Notes: a model not told the origin generated them from the sequence alone. Positions 1-33,272 are shown, counted from the first letter of the whole stretch. The stretch: DNA of 63,732 bases, filler included, from Bigelowiella natans CCMP2755 (GCA_000320545.1; 5 parts of 5 records of this genome joined end to end with filler, not necessarily neighbours in it), one strand, 5' to 3'. Program-made: numbers and translations.

Positions 1-297
1 AAGGAAAAAAAAAAGAAAAACAACATATAGGCAATGAGAGAATAATTATCATATTATGGGGGAGAGTTGGCTATAAAGCGTTTGTGTATAGGAAAAACAA
101 ACGCACAGACGCATGGAAGAGAAAAGAACACGAGGAATGAGAGAAGAGAGAGAAAAAAAATACAAACAAGAAACAAAGATCAAGAGCCAATATAGGCAGC
201 ACAACACAAAAGCAAAATGAACTAGTTAATATATGGTATAGATATATATATATATAGAATAAACCATTTAGCGAGTGTGTGTGTGTGTGTGTGTGCA

Positions 298-19501
<19,204 letters not shown>

Positions 19502-20030
19502 CTGACGAAATTAACTAATTCCGAACCACCCCCCGTTCCAACAATCGATCTCCCGTCGCGTAGCGGGTTTGGGCGGGGGGGAGCGGTCCCCTCCGATTCC
19601 TTGAGTTGGATCGACTCGGGATTTCAGTCTTAAAAATGCTCTTTTTCCTGGTGAGCAGTGTTGCCCAAGATGGCCTTTGTTTATCCCTACGACAACCTTC
19701 ATATATTGTCGCAATAAAAATGGAATCGGCGATTCTCCCATTCGAGCGATCTCGCGAAAGTTCAAGGGTTAGTTCCGAAGCGACTGTCCTTGAAATCGAC
19801 ATTCAAGTTGGGAATTTCTCGGGTAGTTTGGTAGGCCTATTTCGCCTCAAGGCGATCAGTTTGTCAAGACCGAAAAAATAGGTACACATCGGGATCGTAC
19901 TACACACCAGTTGCTTTCGAAGCTGCTTCCCGCGCAACGCAGAGTGGAGCTCCAGCATCTTCAATCTATTGGAATATATACTACTAACATCGTACAATAT
20001 TATTCCATTTTTCAAAGCACAGGGACATAG
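19502..20030. promoter_or_regulatory. Putative bidirectional promoter between BLTP1-like and DHODH
   Basis: About 530 bp between divergent start codons, free of microsatellites, with several GATCG/CGATC words. Function is inferred from position only. Confidence 0.45.
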
Positions 20031-20616
20031 ATGATCGCTGCGAGCAAGCTTCTGCCTCGCATCCCGCGCGCCAGAGGCCTAGGCCTCCCGGCGTCGTGGC
20101 GGAGGCCTCCCACGGCAAAACCTCGTTATTCTTCCTCTTCCTCCTCCCCATCCTCCTCGTCATCTTCATCCTCTTCCTCATCTTCATCATCGTCGTCATC
20201 GTCTCAATGGAAATTCGAGCGGGAGCAGATAGGCAGGAAGCCAACACAGTTTTCTACGCTCCGGACATTTGCTATGTTCACAGGCGCCGCCGGTTTCTTT
20301 CTTGGAGTCACCGGCTACATTCTTGGCGACACAGATAACAAGTACGATTCAAGTCTCTTGCCAGTAAACGTTCGCTAATTTTGTGTTGGAATTTTTTACG
20401 ATAGCCCTCTGCTTCGCCTCGACCCAGAAACGGCGCACAACGTAGCGGTGTGGGGCGCCAGCCTCCCACAATATCTTCGAGTGGCCGTAGGTATGGTGGA
20501 AGCAGAAAATGTTCGCCGGGAGGTAGATGAGAAGCTCAAGGTCGAGTTCTGCGGCATGACGATGAAGAATTGCATCGGTCTTGCAGCCGGATTCGACAAG
20601 GTTGTTTTTGCTCTTT

Positions 20617-20669
<53 letters not shown>

Positions 20670-21267
20670 CATGAACCGCTTTCTATGGCTAAAGTTGCTG
20701 CTGCTCCTCCTCCTGATGCATTGTGCTTCTGTCATCGTTATCATCATTTAGAACGCAGAAGGAATTGCAGGCATGCTCGATATGGGGTTTGGGTTCGTTG
20801 AGGCCGGCACGGTGACGCCTAAGCCGCAGGCCGGTAACCCTAAACCGAGGGTTTTTCGGATCCCGGAGCAGGTGTTGTGCATGTTGAAAATGAGAAGAAT
20901 GTGCCCGCCGCATTGTCTTGCGAGAGCCTCCGCAGGATATCGCTTCTTTCTCCGAAATGTATTGTTGTTGCACATAGGGAGTATTATGTGTGGCGAGGTC
21001 CGAATGGCCATTGCTTTAAATAGTCATGATGATGACTAGGATGATTTGGATGAGAATGATGATAATGAAGCGTGGCAATGATGGTCTCTATTTTTCAAAA
21101 ACAGGGGGTTGTGATCAACCGATACGGATTCAACAGCGACGGGCACGCAGCGGTAAAGCATCCCAAAGTCTGACATCGATAATGTCGATTATCTCTACCA
21201 TTAGACACGATTATAAAGAGGGAAAGGGTTATGGTTACTTATTCCAATCGTGCCGCTACCGTCGTAC

Positions 21268-21307
<40 letters not shown>

Positions 21308-22253
21308 GTACATATATCACTCACTTTGAGCAAGAGTAATGAAGGTGTGTCTACCCTCTCCTCCTCCTCCTCCTCCTCCTCCTCCTCCTCCTCCTCCTCC
21401 TCCTCCTCCTCCTCCTCCTCCTCCTCCTCCTCCTCCTCCTCCTCCTCCCCCAGGTCGAGAAGAGGCTCAAAGGGATGCAGAAGTACTATGAGCTGTTTCG
21501 ACCCGGACGCATCGTAGGGCTGAACGTGGGGAAGAACAAAACATCCCCGCACGCTGTAAGGGATTATGTCCAAGGAATCGAGGCTCTAGGGCCTTATGCG
21601 GTTGTGTCCCCACCCCCTTTTTGTGCTTTCGCCTGGCTATTGATAGCGATGAATTTGTGACGACCGTGACGCTGATCTCAACTGTAATGATGGCGATGCA
21701 AGGCAGTGCGCATGCATGTGTATATTTTTACGTGCATGTTTGTGTGCAAGAGCGTATTGGTCGCTTATTTGCTCTCGGGGATGCCTGACGTCTATTTGTC
21801 CATGTTCTTTGTCCAGGATTACCTCGTCGTGAATGTCTCCTCCCCCAACACACCAGGCCTCCGAAACCTCCAGGTGATGTGGTGTGTACACGGTACATGT
21901 CGGACAGATTAGCGCGTGGTTCTACACTAGGGTCTGGATTGTAAGACGAGCATGCATGCGAGTGTATCGCTTACAAGAAATCGCCGTATTATTTTGTTGA
22001 TTCTGTGGAACAATCGATACACACAACAGCATCACGGTGGTAGGATGGAGTGCGATGATGAAAGCAAATATTAACTATGCTCCTCCTGCTACTGCTACTG
22101 CTACTGCTACTTCTCCGCACGCCTTAGAACGAGAAGGAGCTGCGAGAACTACTGGGCGCTGTCGTCGCTGCAAGAGACAAGCTTCCGAAGAGGGAGCCTA
22201 TTGACTATTTCGAACAGCGTCAGAAGAGAAGAGATGCACACGTAACAATGATA

Positions 22254-22289
<36 letters not shown>

Positions 22290-22384
22290 CAATAGGACTA
22301 ACAGTGTATCATCGTTAGGGTCAGAAAGTGCTATATTATGAGGGTGAAAGGAAATAAGATATATACGTGCGCGTGCGTGTGTGT

Positions 22385-22415
<31 letters not shown>

Positions 22416-23018
22416 GCGCGCCCGCAGGTCTGGACGTTGGCGTATCAGCTTGGAATATGGCCGATGGAGGAGAAATACGATTTCAGGGAGACGTCCTTCT
22501 CAAGGCCCGCACTGCCCCCCGTCCTTGTCAAGATCGCACCGGACGTCAGCCCGGAGACGTTGCAGGGGGTTGCAACGGTGGTGCGCGACACGAAGGTTGA
22601 TGGTGTCATCATCTCAAACACCACGATACGACGCGACTTCGGATTTGAACACAAAAATCTCCAGGAAAGGGGAGGGCTCAGCGGCCGCCCTCTCAAGGAG
22701 ATGAGCACCAAGGTGATTGGCGACTTCTACAAGCTAACCAACGGGGAGATTCCCATCGTTGGGGTAGGTGGCGTGTCCAGTGGGGAGGACGCGTTGGAGA
22801 AGATCAAAGCCGGCGCCTCTGTGGTGCAGCTCTACACGGCACTTGCCTATGGGGGACCGGGCTTCGTAACCAAGGTCAAACGCGAGCTTGCAGCCGCGAT
22901 GCAGACGTCCGGCTACTCATCTGTGCAGGAAGCCATCGGCGCCGACCACCGAATAAGTGGAGGTGCTGCTGCTACTACTCCTACGACTGGGGGTGGGGGA
23001 AGTAGCTGGTTTTGGTGA
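20031..23018 (+). CDS. DHODH: Dihydroorotate dehydrogenase (quinone), class 2, mitochondrial; multi-exon
   Basis: An Arg/Ser-rich presequence and a TM segment are followed by the motifs [110 protein letters not shown] and GASVVQLYT. Stop TGA is at 23016-23018. Confidence 0.96.
21358..21448. repeat. (TCC)n tract immediately upstream of a DHODH splice acceptor
   Basis: About 30 TCC units end at ...cccccag|GTCGAG, occupying the polypyrimidine-tract position. Confidence 0.9.
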
Positions 23019-23813
23019 AGAATATATAAATATTTTTGTGTTAATTATGTACTGGCGAGGTTTGCGTAGCATGTGTGTGAAGTATGTGCACGCCTAGACG
23101 TGAAGGAACGTGGAGAAGAAGGCAAATACTCTCTCACAACATATGCGTCGGATGGATGAGCACTGAGCTGTAAAGAAGGCGTGGATGCGTTATTCATCTG
23201 CGGTACTTATGAATAGATGAATAGTTCGCGTGTGTTAGTCTTCGGCTGCTCTGCAGACATCGTATCTGAGACATGCCATGTGTTTGTTTATGTCTGCGCT
23301 ATTCTTGCGGCCGCCGATAATCGATGTATGTGACACAGTACGGCTACAGCATGGACGCACGTTGATTAAGGGCAGCGAGCAATGATGACATATCTCCAAT
23401 TAGATGGCAATGTGTACATTGCAAGACTGTTGTCCTTACACAACGAACTTGCAGCGCTATGACAATCAACAAAGCACTTGAGCGCCTGCGTGACCGAATG
23501 TGACCGCATGTCCAGAGGTTTTTTCGCATCACACTGCTGCTAAGCTGATCCGTTGCCACGTTATTTACATCGCAGACATTGCTAGATTGCCCAAATGCGT
23601 ACATGAATGCGATATGTTGTTGCGCGTTGGCACCTGGAACAGCTACACCGTTATATCACATCTGCAAACTGTGCACAATAATAATTATGTGCGCTTGATA
23701 TATTGCATCGCCACAACTATGCTAGCTAGCTAGCCTGCGTGCTACATCTCTTGTACCACATTTCGTGGCTTCTCGAGCGATAGTATTCAGATTTGCGTAG
23801 CGTCGTCTTCGTC

Positions 23814-24558
23814 TCAAGTAGCGGCGTCGGTTACCGGGCCGACCACAGGATTTATGAGCTTACCGATTCCTTCAATCTGCACGGAAACCTAGATGTGCCC
23901 ACAAACATCGTTTGGCAAAAATAGTGACAAGGGGTATGCATGCCTACTGTGTGTCTAAATACACGATCGAAGTGCAAACAGACACAGAAGCAAGAGACGA
24001 CATCTACGCATTTGTATTTGCTTCGATTACCCGATCGCCAGCTTTCAAGTAGAGTGGTGGGTCGCGCACATAGCCTGGAAAAGAAGACTGAGCGTGGGCA
24101 AATATTGATAATTCTTGCTCACAGAGAAGGAAGCGATATGATAGGAAAGTGAGCACATGTATTCTCTCTAAGAGGCCTACAGGAAAGAAGGCGCAACAAT
24201 CAGGGGTTTCCGTCTCAAATGTCGTCAATAACTATGGCCTACCTACTCCAGCCGGCGTCCCTTTTTGGATGGAAGAATCGTCATCACAGATTAAATCGGG
24301 GAAATAGAGTTCCCGAGAAAGAGAGGAGGTAAGAAAGGGTTGAGGAGGCAGAGGGAAACGACGAAGCACACACAAAGAGCACAACTCACAATGGATTCAA
24401 TAAACTTGCGGCAACCATCCGATAATCATGATATGTCTACTCATCGCAGGCATTAATGTGTAGCCGTAATTTTACAGCCAAAACACACATTTGGACACGC
24501 CCATAAGGTCTACAAACAGCATAAATACACACACACATACACACACACACACACACAC

Positions 24559-24608
<50 letters not shown>

Positions 24609-27600
24609 CGACGCAACCTGTGAGGATAATCGTGCCCGGCATCAACGTCGTGTCCATCGAGCAGAAATTGATCTGAAACCCAAACGCACGAGCAGTAGGA
24701 ATCAACACCTTACCACAAGCAGCTGACCAAAGCATGCACACGCGCCAAGCGTTGCGGGAGAGCACACACCTCATTTGCCCACCCACAAATGAAAAACACA
24801 GTAAAGAGGTAGTGTGGGTAGGAGTAGGGGGCATGCAAAATCGCCATCAACACCAAGTCACTTTAAAGCCAAGAATACCAGTGTCGGTACATCGAAGATC
24901 ATATCCTTCGTGGACGACTCCTGCACAATCTATCTCAAGTAGGGAAGGAGAAGGGGAAGGGGGGAAGGGGGGAAGGGGGGGGGGGCATCAGAAGGAAGAA
25001 GGGATGGGAGAACGTCATCTCGCGTGTTTAAACACAGCCATGCGAATACTACTAATTCATCTGTAGAACAAATTGATGCACACCTGCCCATTGACCTCCG
25101 TGACGATTCTTAAGTCCGAAGGATCTAAGCTCCTGCGAGCAGAAAGGGATGGTGAGCCAAGCTGTCATCGCCGCCTAAATCTAATTGTTGCCCGTCTTTT
25201 ATATACAGGTTCTGGTCCAAACGCACGCGGACCATAGCACAAATCCCCTCCCCCCCCCCCCCCCCCTCTCGCTCTCACCATGCAGCTGTGATGGAGGGGC
25301 CAAGCGGTAAGAAGGTGTCGAACGATTTCCCTCTGATGAGAATATAGGAGAGCCACAGTTAGAAAGAAGTCGGGCTGCAAGTCGTCGTAATGTGTGATAT
25401 TGATCGATGTAGTCACACGTTGCTGACAAAATTCAGATGTATATCCAGATTTTGTTTCCCTGTTGATGCTGCCTTCTACTTCTTCAACCCTATTCAAATC
25501 GAATCGAAAGTGCGCGACCTAAACCACTGCCCCCCGCCTTTTTTCCCCTAGATGGGGGATGAATAATAGGGAAAACAGGATAGGGGAGAAAGAGATGAGA
25601 ATAGCGCAGAAGATGTTTTTGGGATACATGTTGGAAAAACGATGATGCCATCGAAGAGACCGTTGGTACATCTGCATATTCAATGCGCACACGCATAAAC
25701 GCATCGGACACAACAATGTGTGCACGCACAGGCATGCACAGGGCAGGGTTCGAAGATGGTGGAGTTGAGTGAGTGGTCATGTTTGCTGCAACCACCACCT
25801 GCCATCGCCTGGCCGTAATGTCATTAGCAACGGTGTAGCCGAAGACGTAGTCCATCGCCTCTTCTTTTGGGATGTTCTGAGAAGACGAAGAAGAATAAAT
25901 AAACAATAAGGAGGAGGAAACTCTCTCATCCACCACACTCAATCATCTGGTTTTTACTACCCTCCCTCTACGGCCAATAACCACCGCTAGCTCCCCCTCG
26001 TAGTCAACCTACGATTGAACAACACAAAGGAAGAGGGAATCTGGATAATCTGCAAGGCGAATAGGCCGTGGGGGAAGGAAGGGGGAGGGGGGACATCATG
26101 ATGGTGGTGAAGATGCTAACAAACAGCCGCCTTCCGTCCAACCTAACATCCACCCCATTCCTTCTCGTGCCAACCTCATTCTCAGCGCACGAGGGCAGCT
26201 CGATGGGGTCGTATGGGTTTTGGAGCGTGTTACGCGATTTAGAGAACAGCGTTGGCAGCTTCGGTATCTGCAAGCATCAGGAAGAAATATAAGCGAAATC
26301 AGCCAATTGTATCGTGATGTACGGGGAGGACGCAGAGAAGATGAGACATCGAAGAACGGAAAATTTTAAGGTTTTGGAAGGCGATGATTGGGGCAGTAAG
26401 AAACGGATTTGGAAGCAGATTCATGCGGAGTAGGATAACACCAAAAAGGTCTTATCAATCGTTCATCATATACATAATTATTCACATCATCATCTGTCTG
26501 TAGCTATTATTACATCTAAGCCAACTTCCTTTGCGTGCTGTTTGTAGTTGAGGCCTGCTCACACACCAAATCATCTTCATCATCGCTATTCAGACCAGAG
26601 AGGGTCATAATGCAAGTGAGTAGATAATCAAGATAGTAAGTGCAAGCTAGGGAGTACTACCGCAACAGATGATATCCGGAGCGTTGTCAACGGGGCTTAG
26701 CATCTTCGCCATCTTAAGGGGAGGCTCCTGCGGCAAAAGACGATGACGATGACGATGGTGATGATGATAACATTGATCACCATAATGGTTCTCCGGTATT
26801 GTAATATTTGGATTAAGCAGTTGGAAGAAATGGAGGAGCGAGAATGCGACGACGGCGGCGACGACGATGACGACGACGATGACGATGACGATGACGATGA
26901 CGACGACAACTGAGGCGAGGCTCCAAAAAATGCATGAGACGCTCGGTTCACGAGATTGATAAAGACGGGTAGACGAAACTAAATTGATATTCTTCTTACG
27001 AGTATAAGCTTTGCTTCCGTAGCTCCTTCCTAAGGTGACAACAGAGAAGAGAAGGAAACAGAATCATGAGACTCTCCTGCTTGCTCGAATATTTTGCTGC
27101 TGCTGAGCCGATCGATGACAACCGTGTTTTCTGCTATGCTATTAATACAATGCACCTTTGTTTCAAATGGATCGGTAACCTCCAACATTTCGTTGTACCT
27201 ATGACAAAATACACATAAGTTCTAACAATTTGCCTAAATCGTAGCCAAATGCTACAAGCCGGGGAAAACAACGTTAATGAGCATTACGGTGAATCTAGAG
27301 GTTGACCCAGCCTTTCATTTCCGTCAGCATCCAAGAAACGACACACTATGCGCGCTCGAGGGCCCCGCTGCCTGCGATTCCAGGCAAATTGTATCGAGCA
27401 ATAAGTACGCGAAGAACAATCGAACGCCTGAATTTTTTTAACTTCACCACCCGAAAGTGGGGAAGATTTTGATACGTAAATGACTTAATTACAACCTTGC
27501 AGTGGAAGAAAGTCCGGAGAGGGATCTTCGATCTCTGATTAACAATGCCTCGGGGCCGAGCTTTCTGCACACCTGACGGCACCCACATATACGTCAACAA

Positions 27601-27767
27601 ATCCCAGGTGGGCCCATTGATGTATATCTACTCCTGTTGTCAAATATGATACGAAAGCTAAAAGATCCCATCCAGCCTCACTCTCTGACAACGAGATATC
27701 CAGTGGTAGACTGTACTTTGTGCAGGCCGAGGCTTTGCAGGAAGGGAAGCCGACGGGCAGCTGCCAT
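23814..27767 (-). CDS. Fumarylacetoacetate hydrolase (FAH) family protein, FAHD2-like; multi-exon
   Basis: Spliced motifs: GLNYKQHAKE, IPKLPTLFSKSRNTLQNPYDPIELP, VDYEGELAVVIG, AMDYVFGYTVANDITARRWQ, GKKGGGQW, DTTLMPGTIILTGTPAGVG, PPLYLKAGD, VQIEGIGKLINPV. Stop is at 23814-23816. The start (MAAARRLPFLQ...) is tentative. Confidence 0.9.
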
Positions 27768-28175
27768 TGGGAAAGTAAATTATTATTTCTATTTCCTTTT
27801 GGTTTTACGCGGCGTATTTGCGGAGAAAACATACTTACGACAAGGTCCGAGTCATGACTTCTAATAAGAAATCGCCTGTAGTTTTCGGTAATCGTCCGCC
27901 GCAGAAAAAAAGGGCCTGCGATCGATCGCATTCCGATCTGACGAAACAGCTCCAAAAAACAAAAAAAAAACCTGCAGAAGATCCAGAGCGACAGGGATTA
28001 TTAGGATATTTGTAGGTGTAAAAGCAGTCGTACTAGTACTGAGGAACAACATTGATTTCCTCCTAGAATCATCTCCTTCGACCATCTCGAGGGAGGGAGG
28101 AGCAATGGTGGCTCCCAAGCGGTCGAACTAGGCATGTTGACGATACCTTCCTAGAGACGTGACGATAGGACTCGC

Positions 28176-29543
28176 TCGGGGTATATGATAGCGGACGGCG
28201 AGGAAGAGCAACTGTTCGACGTTCAGGTGGACGAAGCGTTGTGTCACCCTCCCAAACCAGTTTGCACTCACGCTCAAATCGTGCTAATTTAACAGCAAGA
28301 ACGTGCGTTCGGACTCTTCAGGCAGTATCCTCATGAGTGCTGTGTGCTATACCAACGAATGATCGCAATCGGAGTCTGGTATTGTTATTGTTGTTTTTTA
28401 TGATGAATGAGAAGGGGGGTGGGGAAGGTCGCCCTCACCCATGCACATACCGTGTTCTGTCCAATAGGCCAACGCTCTTCCTGGTCCTCCACAATGCCTA
28501 CCTCATCACCACGATGCTGGATTGCCATGAAAGACACTGCGACAGAAAAGAGAGGTTCTGGCTATATTGGTGCCTCTTTCGCTTGCTGATGGTCATTCCG
28601 AGACCGTTCTGGTGGATGAGGTCAACAAACAATGACAGTGTTCGTATAAATCGTATCCGCACATCCCACTCTTCTTTTCTTTTTTTTTATGATTCTTTTT
28701 TGTTGTTGTTGGAATGGTTTTCCATCCACGTAGGGCCATGAGTGAATACAGAATAGCCATGCTCGCTCCAAGCCCTCAGCAAATGACTCGACGGCTCATT
28801 GCCACGCACAATACGTGGTGCGACCTCCCTTCGATTGTACATCCATACCATCCATACATATGTTCACATTCACTCGCTACCATTGTTACCAGCTGTCCTC
28901 GTCTTTTGTTCCCTCTCCCCCGTTTTTCCTTCATCTTCTTCTCACCTGTGTCCTTCTCGTCGTATTAAGGTGGTTCAAGATGAATCACACCTTCGGGACG
29001 ATTTTCACGTTGTGGCTGGTCGCAACCATGATCATGTGCTACACGGTGAGTCGCCTGACCTTCGCCTGCTGCTCAATGATTGTATCCAAATAAGCTTGAA
29101 AACACGAAAAAGGCTCCTCGTCCTGACCAGCTATAGAATGCAGACCAATCGTATACTTCATTATCCCCCCCCCCCCCCNNNNNNNNNNNNNNNNNNNNNN
29201 NNNNNNNNNNNNNNNNNNNNNNTTAATTAATTAANNNNNNNNNNNNNNNNNNNNNNNNNNNNNNNNNNNNNNNNNNNNTTCCCAGTACATGCAGAATTTT
29301 GCTTCGAGCATTGAGTCAATCTTTGCCACCACCCACCCGATGCTATTACCCTTCCACCTAAGCCACCCACAACTACTCCTATGAGTCACTTAAACACATT
29401 GTGCTTAAGATTGAATACTTTAATTTTTACAACTTTAGATGTTAGCTCAGAATGTCCCTATCTATGTGCAGAATCAATCGGCGGCTTCGAATACTCAAGA
29501 CCAAGATTTGTCACAGTGGTCTCCTTGGCCTCCACGGTTTTAG
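28176..29543 (+). CDS. Hypothetical multi-pass membrane protein (multi-exon, interrupted by scaffold gap)
   Basis: GT-AG-bounded exons encode PTLFLVLHNAYLITTMLDCHERHCDRKERFWLYWCLFRLLMVIPRPFWWM, RAMSEYRIAMLAPSPQQMTRRLIATHNTW and WFKMNHTFGTIFTLWLVATMIMCYT. Both ends are uncertain. Confidence 0.5.
29179..29278. other. Scaffold gap with artificial TTAATTAATTAA linker
   Basis: A 100-nt N block with a central six-frame-stop linker, identical to the other three gaps. Confidence 0.97.
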
Positions 29544-29783
29544 ACTCTTGCATTTGTGACTTGAACTTGGATGAAACTTAGTTGTGACTTGAACCCTGGA
29601 TTTATGGCTTGTTTCGTGCTTACTGTGGATTATGTTTGTGATGTTTATGAATAATGCTTGTAATGGTGGTTGTGAATTATGCCTGTGATTGTTTATTATT
29701 TTCCCTGTGATGATGTGTATTCTGAATTGAGAGGGATCCGTTATATGTGACAAAATAGGTAAAAAAGGGTATTGCCAACTATG

Positions 29784-29828
<45 letters not shown>

Positions 29829-29879
29829 ACCCACCATTTCTCCTACCATCATAGAACAACGCATCTCATCACAGCAGAG

Positions 29880-31625
29880 AACTATACTACCACCGACGAA
29901 GGACGTATCATGTGTACATAGGTGAAAAGAAATGATCTACTGCTACTACTACTGCTGCAACTACTTCATGCTTACCGCTGAGCTGCACGCATGAGAACGG
30001 GTCATATCTTGAGAAAAACAAGGCGGTAAGGGCGCAAGAACAACAACAACAACAAAAACAAGAACAAATACCACGAGCAACAACGCATAAATCACCATCA
30101 AAAGAGACCCCCCCCCCCCCCCGGAATGGGCGAACAGCACAAATATTCCCACAATGATACGCCTAGAACAACTCACAGACCCGTGTATTGCCAAGGGAAC
30201 ATCAGTCTGAAGCTGCCGGGCAAACTTCGCAACCTATCATCATCACAAAAATTATATGTCGGTGACATGAATAGCATCCCTGTTAGAAGATACCCCCCTT
30301 CTCCCCGATTGCAAAGTACACATAGGTGCACAAAATGCAAACGCAGGGGGAGGGGAGGGGCAGCAACGCGAACAACACATGTGCAGCAATTGTCCAACAC
30401 AAGAATCTGTTAATGGTGGTTGGTGCTGCTACTCCCACCTCCACCGCCCCCCCCTATTCTACGAAAGACGTCAAATACCTTCGGTGGACACTCTGCCTCC
30501 GGATTGTGCAGCATCTTGTACTTGCTCATGAGGACAGGTGGTCCTGTGACATTATCATTGTTGTCATTTTATTATCATTGTTATTGTTATTGTTATTATC
30601 ATACTATAGTTACAGCGATAACATTTGTTTATATCAGCTCCTTGAATCAGTTGGCGGTGGAGTTCCTCGTGAATTATTTGCCATGGGAAAGAATGGAGGG
30701 TGATAATGAAGACGCCGACGACAACGGCGAATGATCTTTCGGCAGTTTTATTTTTAAAAAAACATTACAAACAAAGCACTAGCACTGTTCATATTTAATG
30801 CTTTCTTACCCCCTCCTTCTCCTTGCTTCGCGGTGTAGATGAGGGAGTGAGGGCCAGCGTCTAGATCTGCTACCACCTCCCATTCCTGTCCGTACTCCCA
30901 AGATGCTGCATTGACAAGCACTCTGCCATTGAACCTTTTCACACTGATTCGGTGATTTCCAAGCACATAGTCTATGCCGCCTATGTTCCTCCGAGCTACA
31001 TCATCGTCTCCTTTCCCGTACACGCCGAAAACCTACGTGAACCATTGTAACGGGTGTGGGGAGGGGGAAAGGTATACGATTTTATATGAAGCAGCACAGC
31101 AAACAGCAAAAGGATGTGATGCAGTGAGAATGGAAGAGATGCCAAACATGGGCACAAAAGCCTCCTGTTTCAGCGTGTGAGTACATCCAAATGATTGACT
31201 CCTAGCAGTCATTAACTCTAAATTTCCTGATGTTCATTCCACACTTACGATTTGCCACTGCTGGCACCAACCCCTCCCCCCCGTTGTGTCCACCTCTTCT
31301 TCTTCTTCTTCTTCTCTTCCCATCAATTCTTCAGTGTGACAACATCTGCCTACCGCTACCGCTACCGCCCCACCCTCCCCCTCCTCTTCCTCTTCAGTTG
31401 AGTCAACTAACCTGAGGTTCTGTGTAAGGCCTATTGCGCTCGTACTCCGAGCATAGCTCTGGAAAGTCGCCGCACTCGACATGCTTGAGCAACCGCCAGC
31501 ACGTGTCCTCACGCTCTCGATCCGTCACCGTTGGGTCACGAACGGCGATAACCTGCGTGTTATTCGTGCGCTGATTATAGGCACTTGTATGTGATGCATA
31601 TCGACTAGTTGTAGCCTTGCCTTTG

Positions 31626-31682
<57 letters not shown>

Positions 31683-32078
31683 TGTGTTTTCTGTTGCTGC
31701 TTCTGCTTTCTTTCGGAACTAATGTGAATCAAAAAATGACCTCAAGTCTGTCCGGCATCCAAGCTATAACCCGTGCTGTGGGATGACAAGCATATAGCGG
31801 CACTCGCACCGCATCGGTGAGATCGGGGACACCGGGGGTAAACCATGTGGGAGTCACCTAGACGATAGGGGGGAGCAATATTTCCAATATCGATGTGATG
31901 AGGAGGAGGAGGAAGAGGAGGAAGAGGAGGAAGAAGAGGAGGAAGAAGAGGAACTCTCGTTTGGGCAAGGTGTAGGCTATAGGCTTTGTCATATATTTGA
32001 GTCTCCCCCTCCTCCTCCTTACTGCTAATAGATGCTCTACCATCAAAGTGTGTTGCATTTACCAGTGCTATTGTACAA

Positions 32079-32109
<31 letters not shown>

Positions 32110-33272
32110 CACTACTACTTGCCACTGTTGGCGCGCGCGCGCGCGCACACACACACCATTACAGTTCATACCGTGCTCGGAGAGCAGGTGGTAGGGGAAA
32201 CAGTCGTTGGTGTCGATGTCGGAGCGATCGTGGTTGGGCATAAGGTTTGGCCTGTATTATGTGTGTGTTAACGCATCACGGAGAATGTTATAGTGGCACA
32301 CAGGATAATCGAGAAAAAGCAAGCAAGAAAGAGAAGGATGAGATCAATACAATTTTATAATGACGGTTACTCCCCGCCCCCCCCCTTCCCTCTTTCACGC
32401 ATTGACTTCCCACCCTTGATCGTGGGCCTTCGTGACTGCGGGCCCCTCGTGGGGGAGTAGCTTACAGGAGAGATGCTGGGAGAGCGGGTTGAAGGCGAGG
32501 GGGTGTTGGGGGTGAGCGTCGGAGTGTGAGACGTGGGCTTACCCGTACTGGGTATGCAGCTTGGACGAACTGTTTCGAGCGATTTGGGAGAAAACGATGG
32601 GGAGTAGGTAGACGGGGCAGTCGTAGGGAGGCTGGTGCTGGGGCCCTTTGTTGGAAACCGGGAGGGATTGTATGTTGAGGGATTCGAAGATGGTGGAGAA
32701 GTTGGGCTGTGTGTGGTAGGTTGTGTTGTTGTTGGAGATGCAGTAGGTTGTGTTGTTGTTGGAGATGCACTGCCTGAAACGCTCTGATGGCAATAAATAA
32801 CACATACAAATAGAAACACACAACGAACACAAAGACACACGCACACCTTAATTGGGGTTTTAATATAATTTTTATGGGGTGCTTGCAAAAATTGAGAAAT
32901 AATATGATTTAACATCCGCCCTTGAACAGATTTTCGAATACATATGCTGGAAAACATGGCCCTCTGGATAAAATGTGCGACGCAGCTATGTATAATAAAA
33001 GGTAACGTTTGGAAAAAGTTGCTTCTCGATGACGTCGCGCATCGCTTCGAGCTATCATCTAAATAATACACTTGGAATTCTTAAATGTGTGCATGATTAC
33101 GCCTTTCGTCGGTTAAAATAATCGAAAGATTTTACGAAAGCTCCGTAAAGCGAAGTGCAGCATACAACTGTCTCTCCACAACCTGGGGACTGGGCGTTGC
33201 TGATGTGGTTGCAACGGCAGGATCAGGCCCTTTGACGAGCAATAATATTATTAGGATCCCTTCAGGAATCAT
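29880..33272 (-). CDS. Secreted/surface protein with Pro/Thr/Ser mucin-like stalk and unrecognised C-terminal domain
   Basis: A signal peptide (MIPEGILIILLLVKGPDPAVA) splices in frame to SVSGSASPTTTQPTASPTTTQPTTHSPTSPP... Later globular exons include VTPTWFTPGVPD, ESIIWMYSHAETGGFCAH and VFGVYGKGDDDVARRNIGGIDYVLGNH. The 3' end is uncertain. Confidence 0.65.

Noticed and set aside
29223-29234. TTAATTAATTAA motif repeated four times within N runs
   Set aside because: It has an identical position in each 100-nt gap, so it is an assembly linker with stops in all six frames, not biology.
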